A DNA stretch of 64,000 nt, taken from NCBI RefSeq assembly GCF_009914755.1, contig NC_060927.1. The stretch is one strand, 5' to 3'. Position numbers and translations under genes: made by a program. Source of the DNA: the human T2T-CHM13v2.0 reference genome, Homo sapiens. Below the pieces are notes generated by a model. The model had not been told where the DNA came from. It saw only the letters and a program-made list of their open reading frames with translations, and did not search any database. Positions 34,807-49,049 of the stretch are shown in pieces. How positions within the stretch are numbered: the stretch's first letter is position 1; each line of letters starts with the position of its first letter.

Positions 34807-34994
34807 AATAATAATAATGATAAAAATTAATAACCAGATCCCCCCACCAAAAAGAAAAACCATCCTGAACAGATGAAAATCACGGTAGCAATCTAAAATA
34901 CGAAATACTCACGGTGTAGCTGGCCCATGGCTAATTTCCTTTGGTGTTGCAGCTACATACCAGGATCAGCTCACTACGGCTAAGACAGTGTCAT

Positions 34995-35275
34995 ACTTAT
35001 TGGCTGTGTGACCTAGGGCAAATTTACTTAACTTCTCTGTGCCTCAGTTCTCTTTTCAGTAAATGATGATAAATCCTACTTCAAAAGGTTATTGACAAGA
35101 CTGGATGAGTTAGTACCTGTTAAGTTGAAATGTTTAAAAAGAACACAACAGAACAAAACCCCCGCTGAGCCCTGGCATTAATTGTGGTGCACATGGGCTA
35201 CAGCAGTATGATTGATAAGTAAGAGAATATAAGTATAGCCTTTGACACACAGTAGGCACTTAATAAACATTAACT
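34995..35275 (+). mobile_element. MIR fragments
   Basis: ggctgtgtgacctagggcaaatttacttaacttctctgtgcctcagtt; cacagtaggcacttaataaa. Confidence 0.7.
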
Positions 35276-35669
35276 CCCTCCCCACTCATACTTAATTGGG
35301 CTGTCAGGGCTTCATAGACCCTTTCTGAGCAGACTAGAAACTAATTTGCTACTGAGTGTATTTGTGATCTCTACATTTCAGTCTGCAGGTGGACCCTTTG
35401 AGCTGTCTTAGACTGGGTCAGGGTGCTTTTAAAATGAAGAATCTGTTTGGCTCCGTTATTTTCATGTCGGTTTCTTAGGTTTGTCTAAGTAAACATTTTC
35501 ATATATTTTGGTCCACATTTTTTATGGATTAAATTGTTGCAGTGGAAATGCATCGTGATGTGAAATGCGAAACTTGTCGCTATGACTTCAGGCATAAATT
35601 AAGGAAAGGCATGAGGCAATTATATGAATAATTCTTATAAATACAGAAACAAAACAAAAAATTAATTGC

Positions 35670-36170
35670 CAACATTTTTAGCATGTTAGGGGTCTTGCCA
35701 AACACTTTACAAGCCTTAGCTTTAACTCTTTGTGTGAGTTATCATGATCAGCTCCCGTTTACACACGGAAGCAGGCAAGTTGCCCAAGGTTACAAGGTAG
35801 TAAATGGCACAGATGGGATTGAAATCCAAACCTGGATAATTTCAGGCCCCAAGTTTTGTATATATATCTATCATCTTCTCTGAGGCAGATCATTACAAAA
35901 CCAAATTTATAAGCCTTAAACAGAAATTGCTAATTGATTTTATGATACAGTTTTCCAATTGAGGAAGCGACTGTAGTTTGTTTCATGTTAATATATGTTA
36001 GGGTCCTTATAAGCATTGTCTTAAAATAATTCTTACATTAACTCTCTGAGTTAGGGATTGTCCTCATCCTTCAGGTAAGAAACCAAGACTCAGAGAAGTT
36101 AGGTAACTTGCTCAAGGTCACACAACAAGTGAGGAAGAAAGAAGGCATTTAAGCCCAGGTCTGTCTACTT
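35670..36170 (-). mobile_element. Two MIR fragments
   Basis: ttgcccaaggttacaagg...gggattgaaatcca; agactcagagaagttaggtaacttgctcaaggtcacac. Confidence 0.65.
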
Positions 36171-36415
36171 CCGTGGGGCTCAGACCTGTAGTTCTATAAG
36201 AATGTCTCTTCAGAACCTTTTCTTATTTCTTTCTCAACTCCCCCTGCTGGGGCATGAGTTGAAAGGAAGTTCTATGCAAGGGCCTCAAAAGTGGTCTCAT
36301 GGATTCTGTTTCTCCTGGTCAAATACCCATGTAACTCAAAATAAAAAACACTTTCACATTAAGATGAGATAAATCTCTGTCTCTCTGTATCTAAATTCTA
36401 TCTACTTTCTCTCTA

Positions 36416-36607
<192 letters not shown>

Positions 36608-36829
36608 CTATAACAACACAATTATGTCTGTAGTTCCTTATCATCTGAGTTATTGGTGCTGACGGGATGGAGAGAGCTTGGAGGGGTGGTTGGACCTCTC
36701 ATTTCCAGACTGAGTTTGGCCATTTGCTGGCTCTGGGATTCTGTATCTGTAGAATGAAGACAACTGGGTCTTCATTCAGAGACAACGAAGCTAGATTGTG
36801 GCCCCTGGCAAAGGTGGAGCTCTTCTCCA

Positions 36830-37010
36830 CATATGAGGACTGAGTGCCTACCATGTGTCAAGCACACCAACAACTAATAACACATGAGAACTCTGAGACT
36901 CTGAGAAGTTTGATCACTTCATCCAAAGGCCCCAAAGCCAGTAAGTGGCAAAGTGAAGATTCAAACCCAGGCCACCTTGGCTTAAGACCTTGCACCATCA
37001 CCACTTAGCT
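36830..37010 (-). mobile_element. MIR fragment
   Basis: tgagtgcctaccatgtgtcaagcac...agtaagtggcaaagtgaagattcaaacccagg. Confidence 0.65.
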
Positions 37011-37599
37011 CAACAGTCCTGATGCAAATAGAACTACCCATCCTTATACTGCTCAGAGAGAGGCCATTCTCTCTGCAAATACATTCATATGCATGGAGAA
37101 AGCAAAAATTGGATTCTACGACTTGTACTATTTGGTAGTTTTTTTCTCTTAACAATATGCTCTAAAGTTTATCTTCATTTTTAAGGGGAAGCCTCTTCGT
37201 TCCCTGTTGCTGCATTCTCCCTGCAGGGCTAGGCAGACTGAGGGATGAGATGCTAGGAGGTACACAAAGGCGGCCTGGGCTCACTGTTAAAAATACTTAA
37301 AGTGCCAGGGCCTTTAAATGACCCCCAAAGAGCCAGATCCTCTTCAGCAAAAGGAGAAAAAGACCAGAATTTTCTTGGCTGTGTTGTGTAGCTTCCATTA
37401 GCTAAACTGTCATCAAGAACAATGCTGAGTCAGGACGTGAATTATCTTTTTCTCTGCCTGGGTTCTTGCCTTTGGCTTGCTGCCATTCTCTGTGTGCTAC
37501 AAGGCATGAAGACAGGTCTCCACCTCATCTATCTCTCACAAAAGGTGATAGAGGCTGTGTATATTTTGATGGGTCATAATACAGCATGTGGGTTAGGAG

Positions 37600-37780
37600 A
37601 ATGCGTTCAAGTCCTGGCTCCAACATTGTTGAGCTGTGTGTCCTTGAGCATATTATTTAATTCAGAGCCTTGGTTTCTTCCTCTGTAAATACAGATTCTG
37701 AGACTGCTTCCCTCATACGACTGTTGTCAAGGTGCAATGAGATAGGCACGGAAGTTGCTTAGCACAGTGCCTAACACTGG
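37600..37780 (+). mobile_element. MIR fragment
   Basis: gttcaagtcctggctc...gctgtgtgtccttgagca...gcttagcacagtgcctaacac. Confidence 0.7.
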
Positions 37781-38539
37781 CCCCATACAAGGCTGTGGGG
37801 AATTCTGTGTTTGTTCTCTTGGGGCCTCATGGAGTCATGTTGCTTTTCCCAAGTCATATGGTGAGGCTACCTTGGAGCTGTTTCTAGACATGCCTCAGCA
37901 CACAGGGCCTTGGGAACTCTGGGTCTTACCACGTACTGGGCTCCTACCGGGCTCCCAGGAGGGTGGGGCAGGGGGCAGGAACAGGGAAATAGCTCTCCCT
38001 TTTTCAAATGCCAAAAAATTGTCTGTGTGAGAAGTTAATCCTCCCCTTCACCAGGAATTTGGTCCAGAAAGGGAAGGTTCAGGGCCCCTTCGCAGGGATG
38101 GATCAATATCTATGATTTTTTTCCCCCTGTTTCCCACTGCCTTTTTTCCATGAAGCCCATGAAATTTTTATCTAGCCTGGGATGGAGAAGGGACAGCTGT
38201 TGGACAGGAAAGCTATCCCCTACTGTACATTCTTGCAAATCTTCTAATTAATGCAAGGAGAAGCTTTTGTAATTAAAAAGCTAGTCATTGACCCCTCTAT
38301 TTATTGTGCTCTATTTTAAAATAGTATCCTGCCACCGTGGCATGGCTTTATTTTGTGGAAAATGCTAAGCAACTCCATATCTTTGGTTGCCTGGCTAATA
38401 TCTGTACAGGTTGGCTGTTTTAGACTCCTGTGTGGGCACCATGAGGGGCCTGTGGGCCCCTTAGTGTTTGGCACTGGCACTCCGCCTGTCTAATGACAGC
38501 ATCTTACCAAAGACACATTCTCTCTGAGTTGTTGAATAT

Positions 38540-39110
38540 GATTTTCAAGGTCGTTGATGATAGTTTTTGTGCACAGGAGAGATTATTCAGAAGTACCTTT
38601 GATTTTTAAATTGGTCTTTGATTTATTAGTTAGAATTTAAAGAAAATCTTTTGTATTTTTAAGCTTTTAAGTTTAGATTACAAATCTTATTATTTTATTT
38701 ATAAGCCTAGCAAGTTATAAGTCACTTCTAAGGAGGCTTTGATTAATGTTTGGTCCCATTTAAAAACTTGGTTAAACTACTTTTAAACTGCTTTTATAAA
38801 TTTAATATATTCAATTTCCTTTTAGGTACTATAATTGTCTGACTTAACAAAACCTTCCCGAACACTTAAATAACTTATAAATCTAATATATTAGACTTAG
38901 AAATATGGTAAACTTTTAGTTCTTTTAACGTATTCAATTCTGTAATAAACCTATTAAATCTGAACTTAACATCACAAGTCTACATCAATTACATATTTAA
39001 AATTAGAATCAAAAGAATAACCTCTTATTCCATTAGGCTCAATTCTCTTAAACATTATATAAGTACATAAAACATCACCAAACATGCATAGAGTTCTTCA
39101 CCTGAAAATA
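38540..39110. repeat. Long degenerate AT-rich inverted repeat (possible ancient MITE)
   Basis: Five nested, colinear imperfect reverse-complement matches around a centre near 38795-38820. Confidence 0.45.
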
Positions 39111-39126
39111 TTAATGCTACATATTT

Positions 39127-39608
39127 TGAAACCACCCAATTGTCCCATAGAACTGATGTTTGTGGTTTCTTTTGAATAAACATAGAAATTGACCCTCCCA
39201 CTTTTGAAACTTGCAAAAGTTACATTTGTCTTATCTGAGTTCCTTTCTCAGAAAACCAACCATCAGGCCTCCCAGATAACATCAAGGAACTGAAACTTAC
39301 CAGATTACCACATCTGGACAATGAGAGGCCAGACCCCTCACCTGTCATGATTGCCTAGCCCACCACCTGCTTCCTGTTGACCAATTCCTCTTCCTTACCT
39401 CTCCCTAATTCCTGTTTTCCCACATGGTTACATTTTCTCCCTGCTATTTTAGTCAGTCAGGGAGACAGATTTAAGACTGATCTCCCATCCCCTTGGCTGC
39501 AGCTCCTGATTAAAGCCTTCTTCCCTGGCAATATTTGTTGTTTCAGTGATTGGCTTTCTGTGTGGTGAGCAGCAGGACCTAGATCAAACCCCTGGTGTTT
39601 CACTAATA
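39127..39608 (+). mobile_element. ERV1 solo LTR, LTR26-like
   Basis: tgaaaccacccaattgtcccatagaactgatgttt...; 4-bp TSD ATTT (39123-39126 / 39609-39612). Confidence 0.8.
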
Positions 39609-39777
39609 ATTTGAGATTCTTAAACATTTCTATGTTGATTTTTAAACCAGCCTGGAATTAAAAGATGCTGATGCACCAAGAAATAACCATGCTATCCTGG
39701 ACAATCTTCCTCATCTTTTCTTTTTTCCTTTATATGTTTGCTCCCCAACCAACCTGACTACATCTCAGTTGCCACCA

Positions 39778-39847
39778 ACTGCCCCTGTGAATTCAATTAA
39801 AGTTGCTCTCTTACTGCCCTTGTGAATTCAATTAAAGTTGCTCTCTT
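39778..39847. repeat. 35-bp tandem duplication (1 mismatch)
   Basis: actgcc(c/t)tgtgaattcaattaaagttgctctctt-type unit x2 (39778-39812, 39813-39847). Confidence 0.95.
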
Positions 39848-39864
39848 AGGGTTTCTGCTTTCTT

Positions 39865-40234
39865 GCCTGCCTTCCTTTCTTTCTCTTTCCTTTTCTTTTT
39901 TTCTCTTCTCTTCTCTTCTTCTCTTCTCTCTTTTCTTTTCTTTCTTTTTTGAGATGGAGCCTCGCTCTGTTTCCCAGGCTGGAGTGCAGTGGCGCCATCT
40001 TGGCTCACTGCAAGCTCCGCCTCCCGGGGTCATGCCGTTCTCCTGTCTCAGCCTCCTGAGTAGCTGGGACTACAGGTGCCTGCCACCATGCTCAGCTAAT
40101 TTTTCATAATTTTTTTAGTAGAGAAGGGGTTTCACCGTGTTAGCCAGGATGGTCTCGATCTCCTGACCTCTTGATCCGCCCACCTCAGCCTCCCAAAGTG
40201 CTGGGATTGCAGGCATGAGCCACCACATCCAGCC
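39865..40234 (-). mobile_element. AluY/Sc with compound CT-rich microsatellite tail
   Basis: Alu dimer; degenerate TSD agggtttctgctttctt / agggtttgtgttttctt. Confidence 0.92.
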
Positions 40235-40270
40235 AGGGTTTGTGTTTTCTTTACCTATGAAAATTGGATG

Positions 40271-40565
40271 GGCCTGGTGTGGTGGCTCACACCTATAGTC
40301 CCAGCACTTTGGGAGGCTGAGGCTGGTGGATTGCTTGAGCCCAGGACTTCAAGACCAGCCTAGGCAACATGGTGAAACCCTGACTCAACAAAAAATACAA
40401 AAATTAGCTGAGTGTGGTGGTCTATGCCTATGGTCCCAGCTCCTTGGGAGGTTGAGGTGGGAGGATCACTTGGGCCCCAAAGACGGAGGTTGCAGTGAGC
40501 CAAGATCATGCCACTGCACTGCAGCCTGAGTGACAGAGGGAGACCCTGTTTCAAAAACAAACAAA
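40271..40565 (+). mobile_element. AluJ/S
   Basis: Alu dimer. Confidence 0.9.
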
Positions 40566-42174
40566 CACACCAAAAAAAACCTGGAAGAGATTAGGTTAGG
40601 TGATCTCTAAAGTCTTAGCCATAAAATTCTGGAATTCATATTTTTCTGTTTATTCACAAACATAATTTTCCATTTAGATTTATGAGAATGAACAAAATTG
40701 CTAAAAAACAACACTTACTTTGCTTGTAAAGCTACCAATACAGAGAATGCTCACTATTGCACATATTATGTTTGCAGTCTGCTCCTGTTGCAAAGATTCT
40801 AATGATGTTTGGGCTTCTTGACCTCAGAATACAAGCAGTCAAGAAGTCACATCTGGAAACATCTACGGTGTTTTAAAGCCAGGAGGATATAGTTGTAAAG
40901 TACATGTTCCAGTTTATTTTGAAAATTGTGTCCCTGATTGATGGGTTTTGTCATTGCTACTCCTTCTGAGAATGGACTGAATTATCCTCTCTATGCCTGC
41001 CATTTTATGCCTAGTTTCTGAAATAGTATATTGAGTAAAAAATAAATGGAAGGTGGTATGCATAACAGTAAAGGGTGGGAGCTTGAATTAGACCCCCTTT
41101 TGTTCAAATACAGATTCACTCCTTAAAAGCATTGTGACTTTGATGAACAACTTTATGCCAACAAATTGGATAACTCACATGAAAGGGGCAAATTTCTAGA
41201 AAGACACAAGCAACTGAAATTTACTCAAGAAGAAATTAAAAATCTGATAGACCTTTCAAAAGCAAAGATAATAAATTAATACTTAACAATCTTCACACAA
41301 AGAAAAGCCCAGGGTCTGGTGATTTCACTGGTGAATTTTATCAAACATTTAAATAAGAGATTATACCAGTACTGCAAATTTTTTTTTCTGAAAATACAGA
41401 GTGAAATACTTCCCCATGCATTCTATCAGGCCAGTGTTACCCTGATGCCAAAACCAGGAGAAGACATCATAAGAAAGGAAAACTATAGACCTGTATCCCT
41501 TATGAATATAGATGTAAAAATTCTCAAAAAAATTAGCCAACTGAATCCAGTAATATACTCCAAAAATTATACACCTTGACCAAGTAGGATTTAACCTAGG
41601 AATGCAAGGTTGGTTTAACATCCAAATATCAACTAATGTAATACACCAAATACAACATAATCGTCTCAATAGATAGAGAAAAACCATATACCAGTATCTA
41701 ACACCCATTCATGATTTTAAAAAAGTTATTAAACTAGAAGGACATTTCCATAACCTGGTAAACAGCATCTATGAAAAAACCCATGATGAACAATATACTT
41801 AATGGTAAAAGACTGAATGCTTTCCCCCTGACATTAGGACCAAGGCAACTTGGTTGCCTTGCTGTCCTTGCTGCCACCTCTTTTATTCAGAATTGTACTG
41901 GTGGTTCTAGACAGTGAAATCAGGAATGAAAAAGAAATAAAAGGCATCCAGATTAGAAAGGAAAAAGTAAAATTGTTTTTGTTCACAGAGGATCCTATAT
42001 ATAGAATTCATGATTCTATATGTAGAATACTATAAGGAATACACACACACACACCCTGTTAGAACTAATAAACAAATATAGTAAGGTCACAGGATACAAG
42101 ATCACTATACAGAAACCAGCTGTATTTGTATGAGCAATGAACAGTCCAAAAATGAAATTAAGGTTATAATTTCA

Positions 42175-42497
42175 GGCTGGGCATGGTGGTTTATGCTTGT
42201 AATTCCAGCACATTAGGAGGCTAAGGTGGGAGGATCACTTGAGCCCAGGAGTTTGAAACCAGCCTGGACAACAGAAGGAGACCTTGTCTTTACCAAAAGT
42301 AGAAAAAAAATTAGCCAGGTGTCATGGTGCACCTGTATGGTCTCACCTACTTGGGAGACTGAAGTAAGGGTATCACTTGAGCTCAGGAGGTCAAGGCTGC
42401 AGTAAGCCGTGATTGCACCACTGCACTCCAGCCTGGGTGACAGAGCAAGCCCCTGCCAAAAAAAAAAAAAAAAAGAAAAGAAAAAAAAGAAAAAAGA
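42175..42497 (+). mobile_element. AluJ
   Basis: Alu dimer; flanks share tataatt. Confidence 0.9.
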
Positions 42498-43470
42498 ATA
42501 TAATTCCGTTCACGGTAGTATCAAAAATACTTAGGAATAAAATTTTTAAAAGAAGTGTAAGGCTATACACTGAAAATTTCAAAGCTTTGCTGAGGGAAAT
42601 TAGAGAGGATTTAAGTAAATGGAGAGACATTCCATGTCTAGTGTTTGAAAGACCCAGTATTATTAAGATGCCAGTTCCTCCCAAATTGATCTATAGATAA
42701 ACGCAATCCCTATCAAAATTCCGGCGGGATTTTTTTTTTGGCAGAAATTGAAAAGCAGATCCTAAAATTTATAGAAAAATGCAAACACCTAAAATAGCCA
42801 AAACAATTTTGAAAAAGAAGAGTAAAATTGGAGGATTTTCATCTCCCAATGTCAAAATTCACTGTTAAACTACAGTTATCAAGATAGTGTGGTACTGGCA
42901 TAAGGACAGATACATAAATCAAAGGAAGAGAATTAACAGTCCAGGAATAAATCCTTGCTTCTGTAGTCAGTTGGTTTTTGGCAAGATGCCAAGGCAATTC
43001 TCTGGGGGAATGGATAGTCTATTCAACAAATGGTGCTGGGATAATTAGATATCTATATGTAAAGAGATAAACTTACATCCTTGCTTCATACAATATACAA
43101 ACATTAACTCAAAACGAATCATAATTTAAATGTAAGAGTTAAAACAGTAAAACTCGTAGAAGAAAACATATAATTTTCTAGACCATGAGTTAAGAAAAAA
43201 TGTATTAGATACAACAATAAAAAAAGCACATCAGTAAAAGAAAAAAATTGTTAAATTGGGCCTCATCAAAATTCAAAACTTTTGAACTTCAAAAAACACT
43301 ATTAAGAAAATGAAAGGACAGGAAACAGACTGGGAGAAAATATTTTCAAAACATATATCCAATAAAGGACTTATATCCACCATTTACAAAGAACACTTAC
43401 AATTCAATTATAAGAAGACAAAAATCCAATTAAAAAATTGGCAGAAGATATAAATAGACTTTTCACCAGC

Positions 43471-43474
<4 letters not shown>

Positions 43475-43501
<27 letters not shown>

Positions 43502-43522
43502 GTGTGTGGTGTATGTATGTAT
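43475..43522. repeat. (TG)n/(TATG)n microsatellite
   Basis: Directly visible. Confidence 0.9.
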
Positions 43523-45151
43523 GGCTAATAAGTACATGGAAAGATGTTCAATGCTATTAGTCATTTTGAAATGCAAATTAAAATCACAGTGAGACAGCAT
43601 TTCACACTCACTAGAATGCCTATCATAAATAAGACAATAACAAATGTTGGTTAGGATGTGGAGAGACAGGAATTTTTATACGCTGCTGGTAGGAATGTAA
43701 AATGATGCTGCCACTTTGAAAACACTTCGGCAGTTTCTCAAAAAATTAAACATAAAACTACCATAGGACACTACAATTCTACTCCTAGGTAGAGAGAGAT
43801 GAAAGAAAAATGAAAACATAAATCCACATGTAAGGCTTGCATACAGCTATTCATAACAGTGTTATCCATATAGGCCAAACCTGTAACAACCCAAATGTTC
43901 ATCAACTGGTGAACCGATAGACAAAATGGGGTATAACCATACAATGGAATACTATTCAGCAATGAAAAGCAATGAACTACTGACACCACATCACAGATGA
44001 AGCTCAAAAATATTATGCTAAGTGTGAGAAGCAAGACACAAGAGACTATATATACATGATCCCATATATATGAAATGTCCAGAAAAGGCAAATTTATACA
44101 GACAAGGTGGATTAGTTGTTGCATGGGGCTCAGAGTATTAGTAAGAAGTAACTGTAAATGGGCATGAGGGATCTTATTGGAGGGATGAAAATGTTCCGGA
44201 ACGGATGTATGGTATGGTTGCACCACTTGGTAAACTTACTAAAAATAATGAATTGTACACTTGAACTGGGTGAATTTTATGATATGCAAAAAAATTGTGA
44301 AGTTGTTATAAAGAAAAAGCAGGTGACTTTGGGCAGGTGACTTAATCTCTCTCTGCTTTAGCTTTTTCACCTGTACAATAGAGATACTGAGAGTGTTCGC
44401 CTCATAGGGTCATTGGGCAGAGTGAGTGAGATAGCATATACATAATGTTTAAAATTAGAGTGCCTGACATGTAGTAGTCACTCAATGAAATGATTATTCT
44501 GAAATCACTTCGGAATGATTATTCTGAAACATTGGAACACAGGTTTGAAGGAATAAGAAGTTTGTTTCTTTTATGGGAAGATACTAGCATGTTAAAAAAC
44601 ACTTACCTCTTATTTGACACTAAACTCTGTATCAGTGGCATAGAAAAACTGGTAGGAAAGAAAAAAATATTTGTGGGAAACTGATAAAATTTGGCTTAAC
44701 AGGTCAAATAGACAAAGAATTAAGTTTCAGGGATAATGAAACTAGAACGATTTATCATTTCTACTTATTAAATTCCAACTTAGTAGAAGTGAAAGATATT
44801 ATTAGCCAAAATAAACTTCAATCAAGATGCAGTAAATGTTTTTCTTTTTTATTTAAAAATTTTAAGTATATAAAACATTTATACAGTTTCAAAGTCAAAA
44901 CTACACAATAAAATACATAAAGAAGTCTAGCTTCTTTCCCAATTCCTTCTAACTTGTCCCCTTCTTCCCTCACAGGTAACTTTTTTTTTTTAAGTTTTTG
45001 GATTATCCCTTGCTTTTTACTTTTTTGAAAATAAAAGCAAACATATACATATGTGTGTGTGTATATATATATACATATATGTAAATATATATGAAAATAA
45101 AAGCAAACATATACACACATATATGGCCTTTCAACCAGTTGACCAGGATAA

Positions 45152-45415
45152 ATTTATTTATTTTTAGAGAGAGCATCTTGATTTGTTGCCCAGGCTGTAG
45201 TGCAATTGTGCAGTAATGGCTCACTGCAGCCTCAAACTCCTGGGCTCAAATGATTTTCCTGCATCAGCCTTCCAAGCAGCTGGGACTACAGGCTCATGCC
45301 ACCATGCCTGGCTAATTATATTTTTTATTTCTCATAAAGACAAGGTCTTGCTTTATTGCCCAGGCTGATCTTGAACTCCCGGCCTCAAGTAATCCTCCTG
45401 CCTTCGCCTCCCAAA
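45152..45415 (-). mobile_element. AluJ, 5'-truncated
   Basis: Reverse-complement Alu ending at cctcccaaag. Confidence 0.88.
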
Positions 45416-46514
45416 GGCAAACATGTATTTTTATCAATTAATTAATAACATGTAGTGTATCAAGTCAAATGCCAGGTTACTTGGAGTTTGACAGAGCCAT
45501 AGATATGTTTCTCCCCTCCCCGTTTCTTACCAAAAGAAAGGTACCTTACTATCAACCTTGTCCCCATGCTTCTTGCTTTTTTCGTTTAACAATATATCCT
45601 AGTCATTATGCCATGGCAGTAGAGATCTTTCCCATTCCTTTTTTTGAGTGACATAGTACTCCATTGCACAGCACCATGGTTTATTCAGCTAGATTCTTGG
45701 TGATGATCATTTGGATTGCTTCCAGTCTCTATTATACGTAATGCTGCAATGCATAGCCTTGAAGTTGCAGCAAATTTAAGGTGCAAACTATGAACATTCC
45801 TTGGCATCTGAAAAAGTTTGTTCCTTAGTAAGCCAAGTTAGCTACTGTTTATATAATTGATGCAGCACTGTTTGTGAAGAGATTCCATTTGGAGCACTTG
45901 TTGGTTTGAATCACCTTGGAATTATTCATTTTTCTAAGCTACTAGAATGTTTTGGAAACAAATCCCTGATAGTAAATACCATTTCTTATTAACTATGTTA
46001 TGTAAATATTGAATTGTTTAATATCTATTACCAAATTGTTTGACCATCTTTAATTAGTATTTCAGGACTTTCTGTTTTGTTGTACTAGGCATCAACTCTG
46101 TGAACTTGTTTCATGTATTGAAGCAGGGAAATTGTGGGAAATTTGGGATCAACAAAATTTATCAAGTCAAATGTCAAGTATTTAGAGTCTGACAAAGCCC
46201 TAGATATATTTTGTGAAGACTTTTAAATGTCTTGACACTTTTACAAACATTTATAGTTTTCAACTTTGATTGCTTTTTACACATTATCTGTGTTCACTGG
46301 AGAAAAATTAAGGAGTTCAGACAAACAGAAAAATAAGTCCCTGTAATTCCAATCCCCAGAGATAACAAATATTAGCATTTGGGTACATATTTTTCTAGAC
46401 TTTTTCAATGAACATAAATGGCTCCCTTCTTCTCCAATACCCATGCACATCTAATTTCTTTATCTCTTATTCCCATATATAGTTCAAAGGAAATTTCATC
46501 TTTTTTTAAATTAG

Positions 46515-46832
<318 letters not shown>

Positions 46833-47610
46833 ACTTTGCTGTTTTCCTAGCATAGCATATAGATGCTTTTTTCCTGTTTCTTCATCAAAGTTAGCTCTTC
46901 ATATTTCTTGAAGTGTTTACTTTAGAAATAGAAAATCACATTTTCTTTTTCTTCATAAAAAAGAAAAATACGCTGATAAATACATTGAAAAAAAATACAT
47001 GGATAAGTAAATTGAAAGCCCCTGTAATTTGTTTTCCATAGTCTTCTAAGCCCATGAACTACCCACTGTGTGTTTGCCTAGGGACATTTTATTGATTCCT
47101 ATAGGGAGATTAGTATAAAAGTCCAGAGAGAGATCTATTCTTGGAGTGATTGGTTATGCAGAAATTGAAGTCAAGCAGATTTTTCATGATCATTGTTCTG
47201 CTATGAAAAGGTTTGTGGGGGAAAAATTCTTGCAAGTACTTTCTGTGATCATGGTTGCCTACATCTTATTCTAACTACTAACACTGAATATCTAATTAAA
47301 AATGGAAAAGATTAAATATTTAGATGATTCAGCATACAGTACCCCCCCCAAAATTCCTGGTAATGACCTGAGTTTTTTACTTTTTTTGTGGATAGATTTT
47401 GATGTTTTGGACACTAGTCTTGTGTATCTAGGGTGGAAGGGGAACATTTTTTCCTGCCATGGGTCATTGGAATTAAGGGCCACATGAAAGTTACTTATTA
47501 CTGTGTTTTATTGTATGTTTATAGAGAGAGGTATGAAAGATGAAACTATCTAATTATGTATTTGACAAAAACAGAAAACTTTGCTCATAACAAGTTAAAG
47601 TTTGAAATAT

Positions 47611-47920
47611 GGCTGAGTGTGGTGGCTTCTACCTGTAATCTTGGCACTTTGGGAGGCTGAGGCAGGCACATTGCTTGAGCTCAGGAGTTCGAGACCAGTC
47701 TAGGTAACATGGTGAAACCCTGTTTCTACAAAAAATACAAAAATTAGCCTGGTATGGTGGCGCGTGTCTGTAGTCCCAACTACTTGGGAGGCTGAGGTGG
47801 GAGGATTACTTGAGTTTGGGGAGGTCGAGGCTGCAGTGAGCTGTGATCACGACACTGCACTCCAGTCTGGGTGATGGAGTGAGACCCTGTCTCAAAGTAA
47901 ATAAATAATAAATAAATAAA
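47611..47920 (+). mobile_element. AluJ
   Basis: Alu dimer; TSD tttgaaatat. Confidence 0.92.
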
Positions 47921-48164
47921 ATGAAATTTGAAATATGTCTTTGTGTCATGTTATAATCAGGTAAACAGGGCAGTAGAGGGATGGGGGGTAGAGGTAAACA
48001 GAAGTGGAGAGAAGGGCAGGGAAGAGGGAAGGAGACAGAACTGAAAGGAGAAAGGAAAAGTGAAGAAGACAGATAAGAAAGGCCAGAGGCAGGAGACAGA
48101 GTTTAAAGACTATACCCCAAAGCGGAAGAGGAACACATAAAGACAAAAAGAGGCTGGTTAGGAA

Positions 48165-49049
<885 letters not shown>

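Larger units (their letters stand above)
41075..44488 (+). mobile_element. MIR split by a 5'-truncated old LINE-1 (L1MC/MD-like, about 41142-44315)
   Basis: ORF2 remnant [18 protein letters not shown] (ORF 41319-41579); L1M 3' end at about 44150-44290; MIR halves on either side with degenerate TSD aaaagcattgtgactttg / aaaagcaggtgactttg. Confidence 0.85.

Noticed and set aside
47960-48130. Purine-rich tract
   Set aside because: Low-complexity GA-rich sequence without a defined unit
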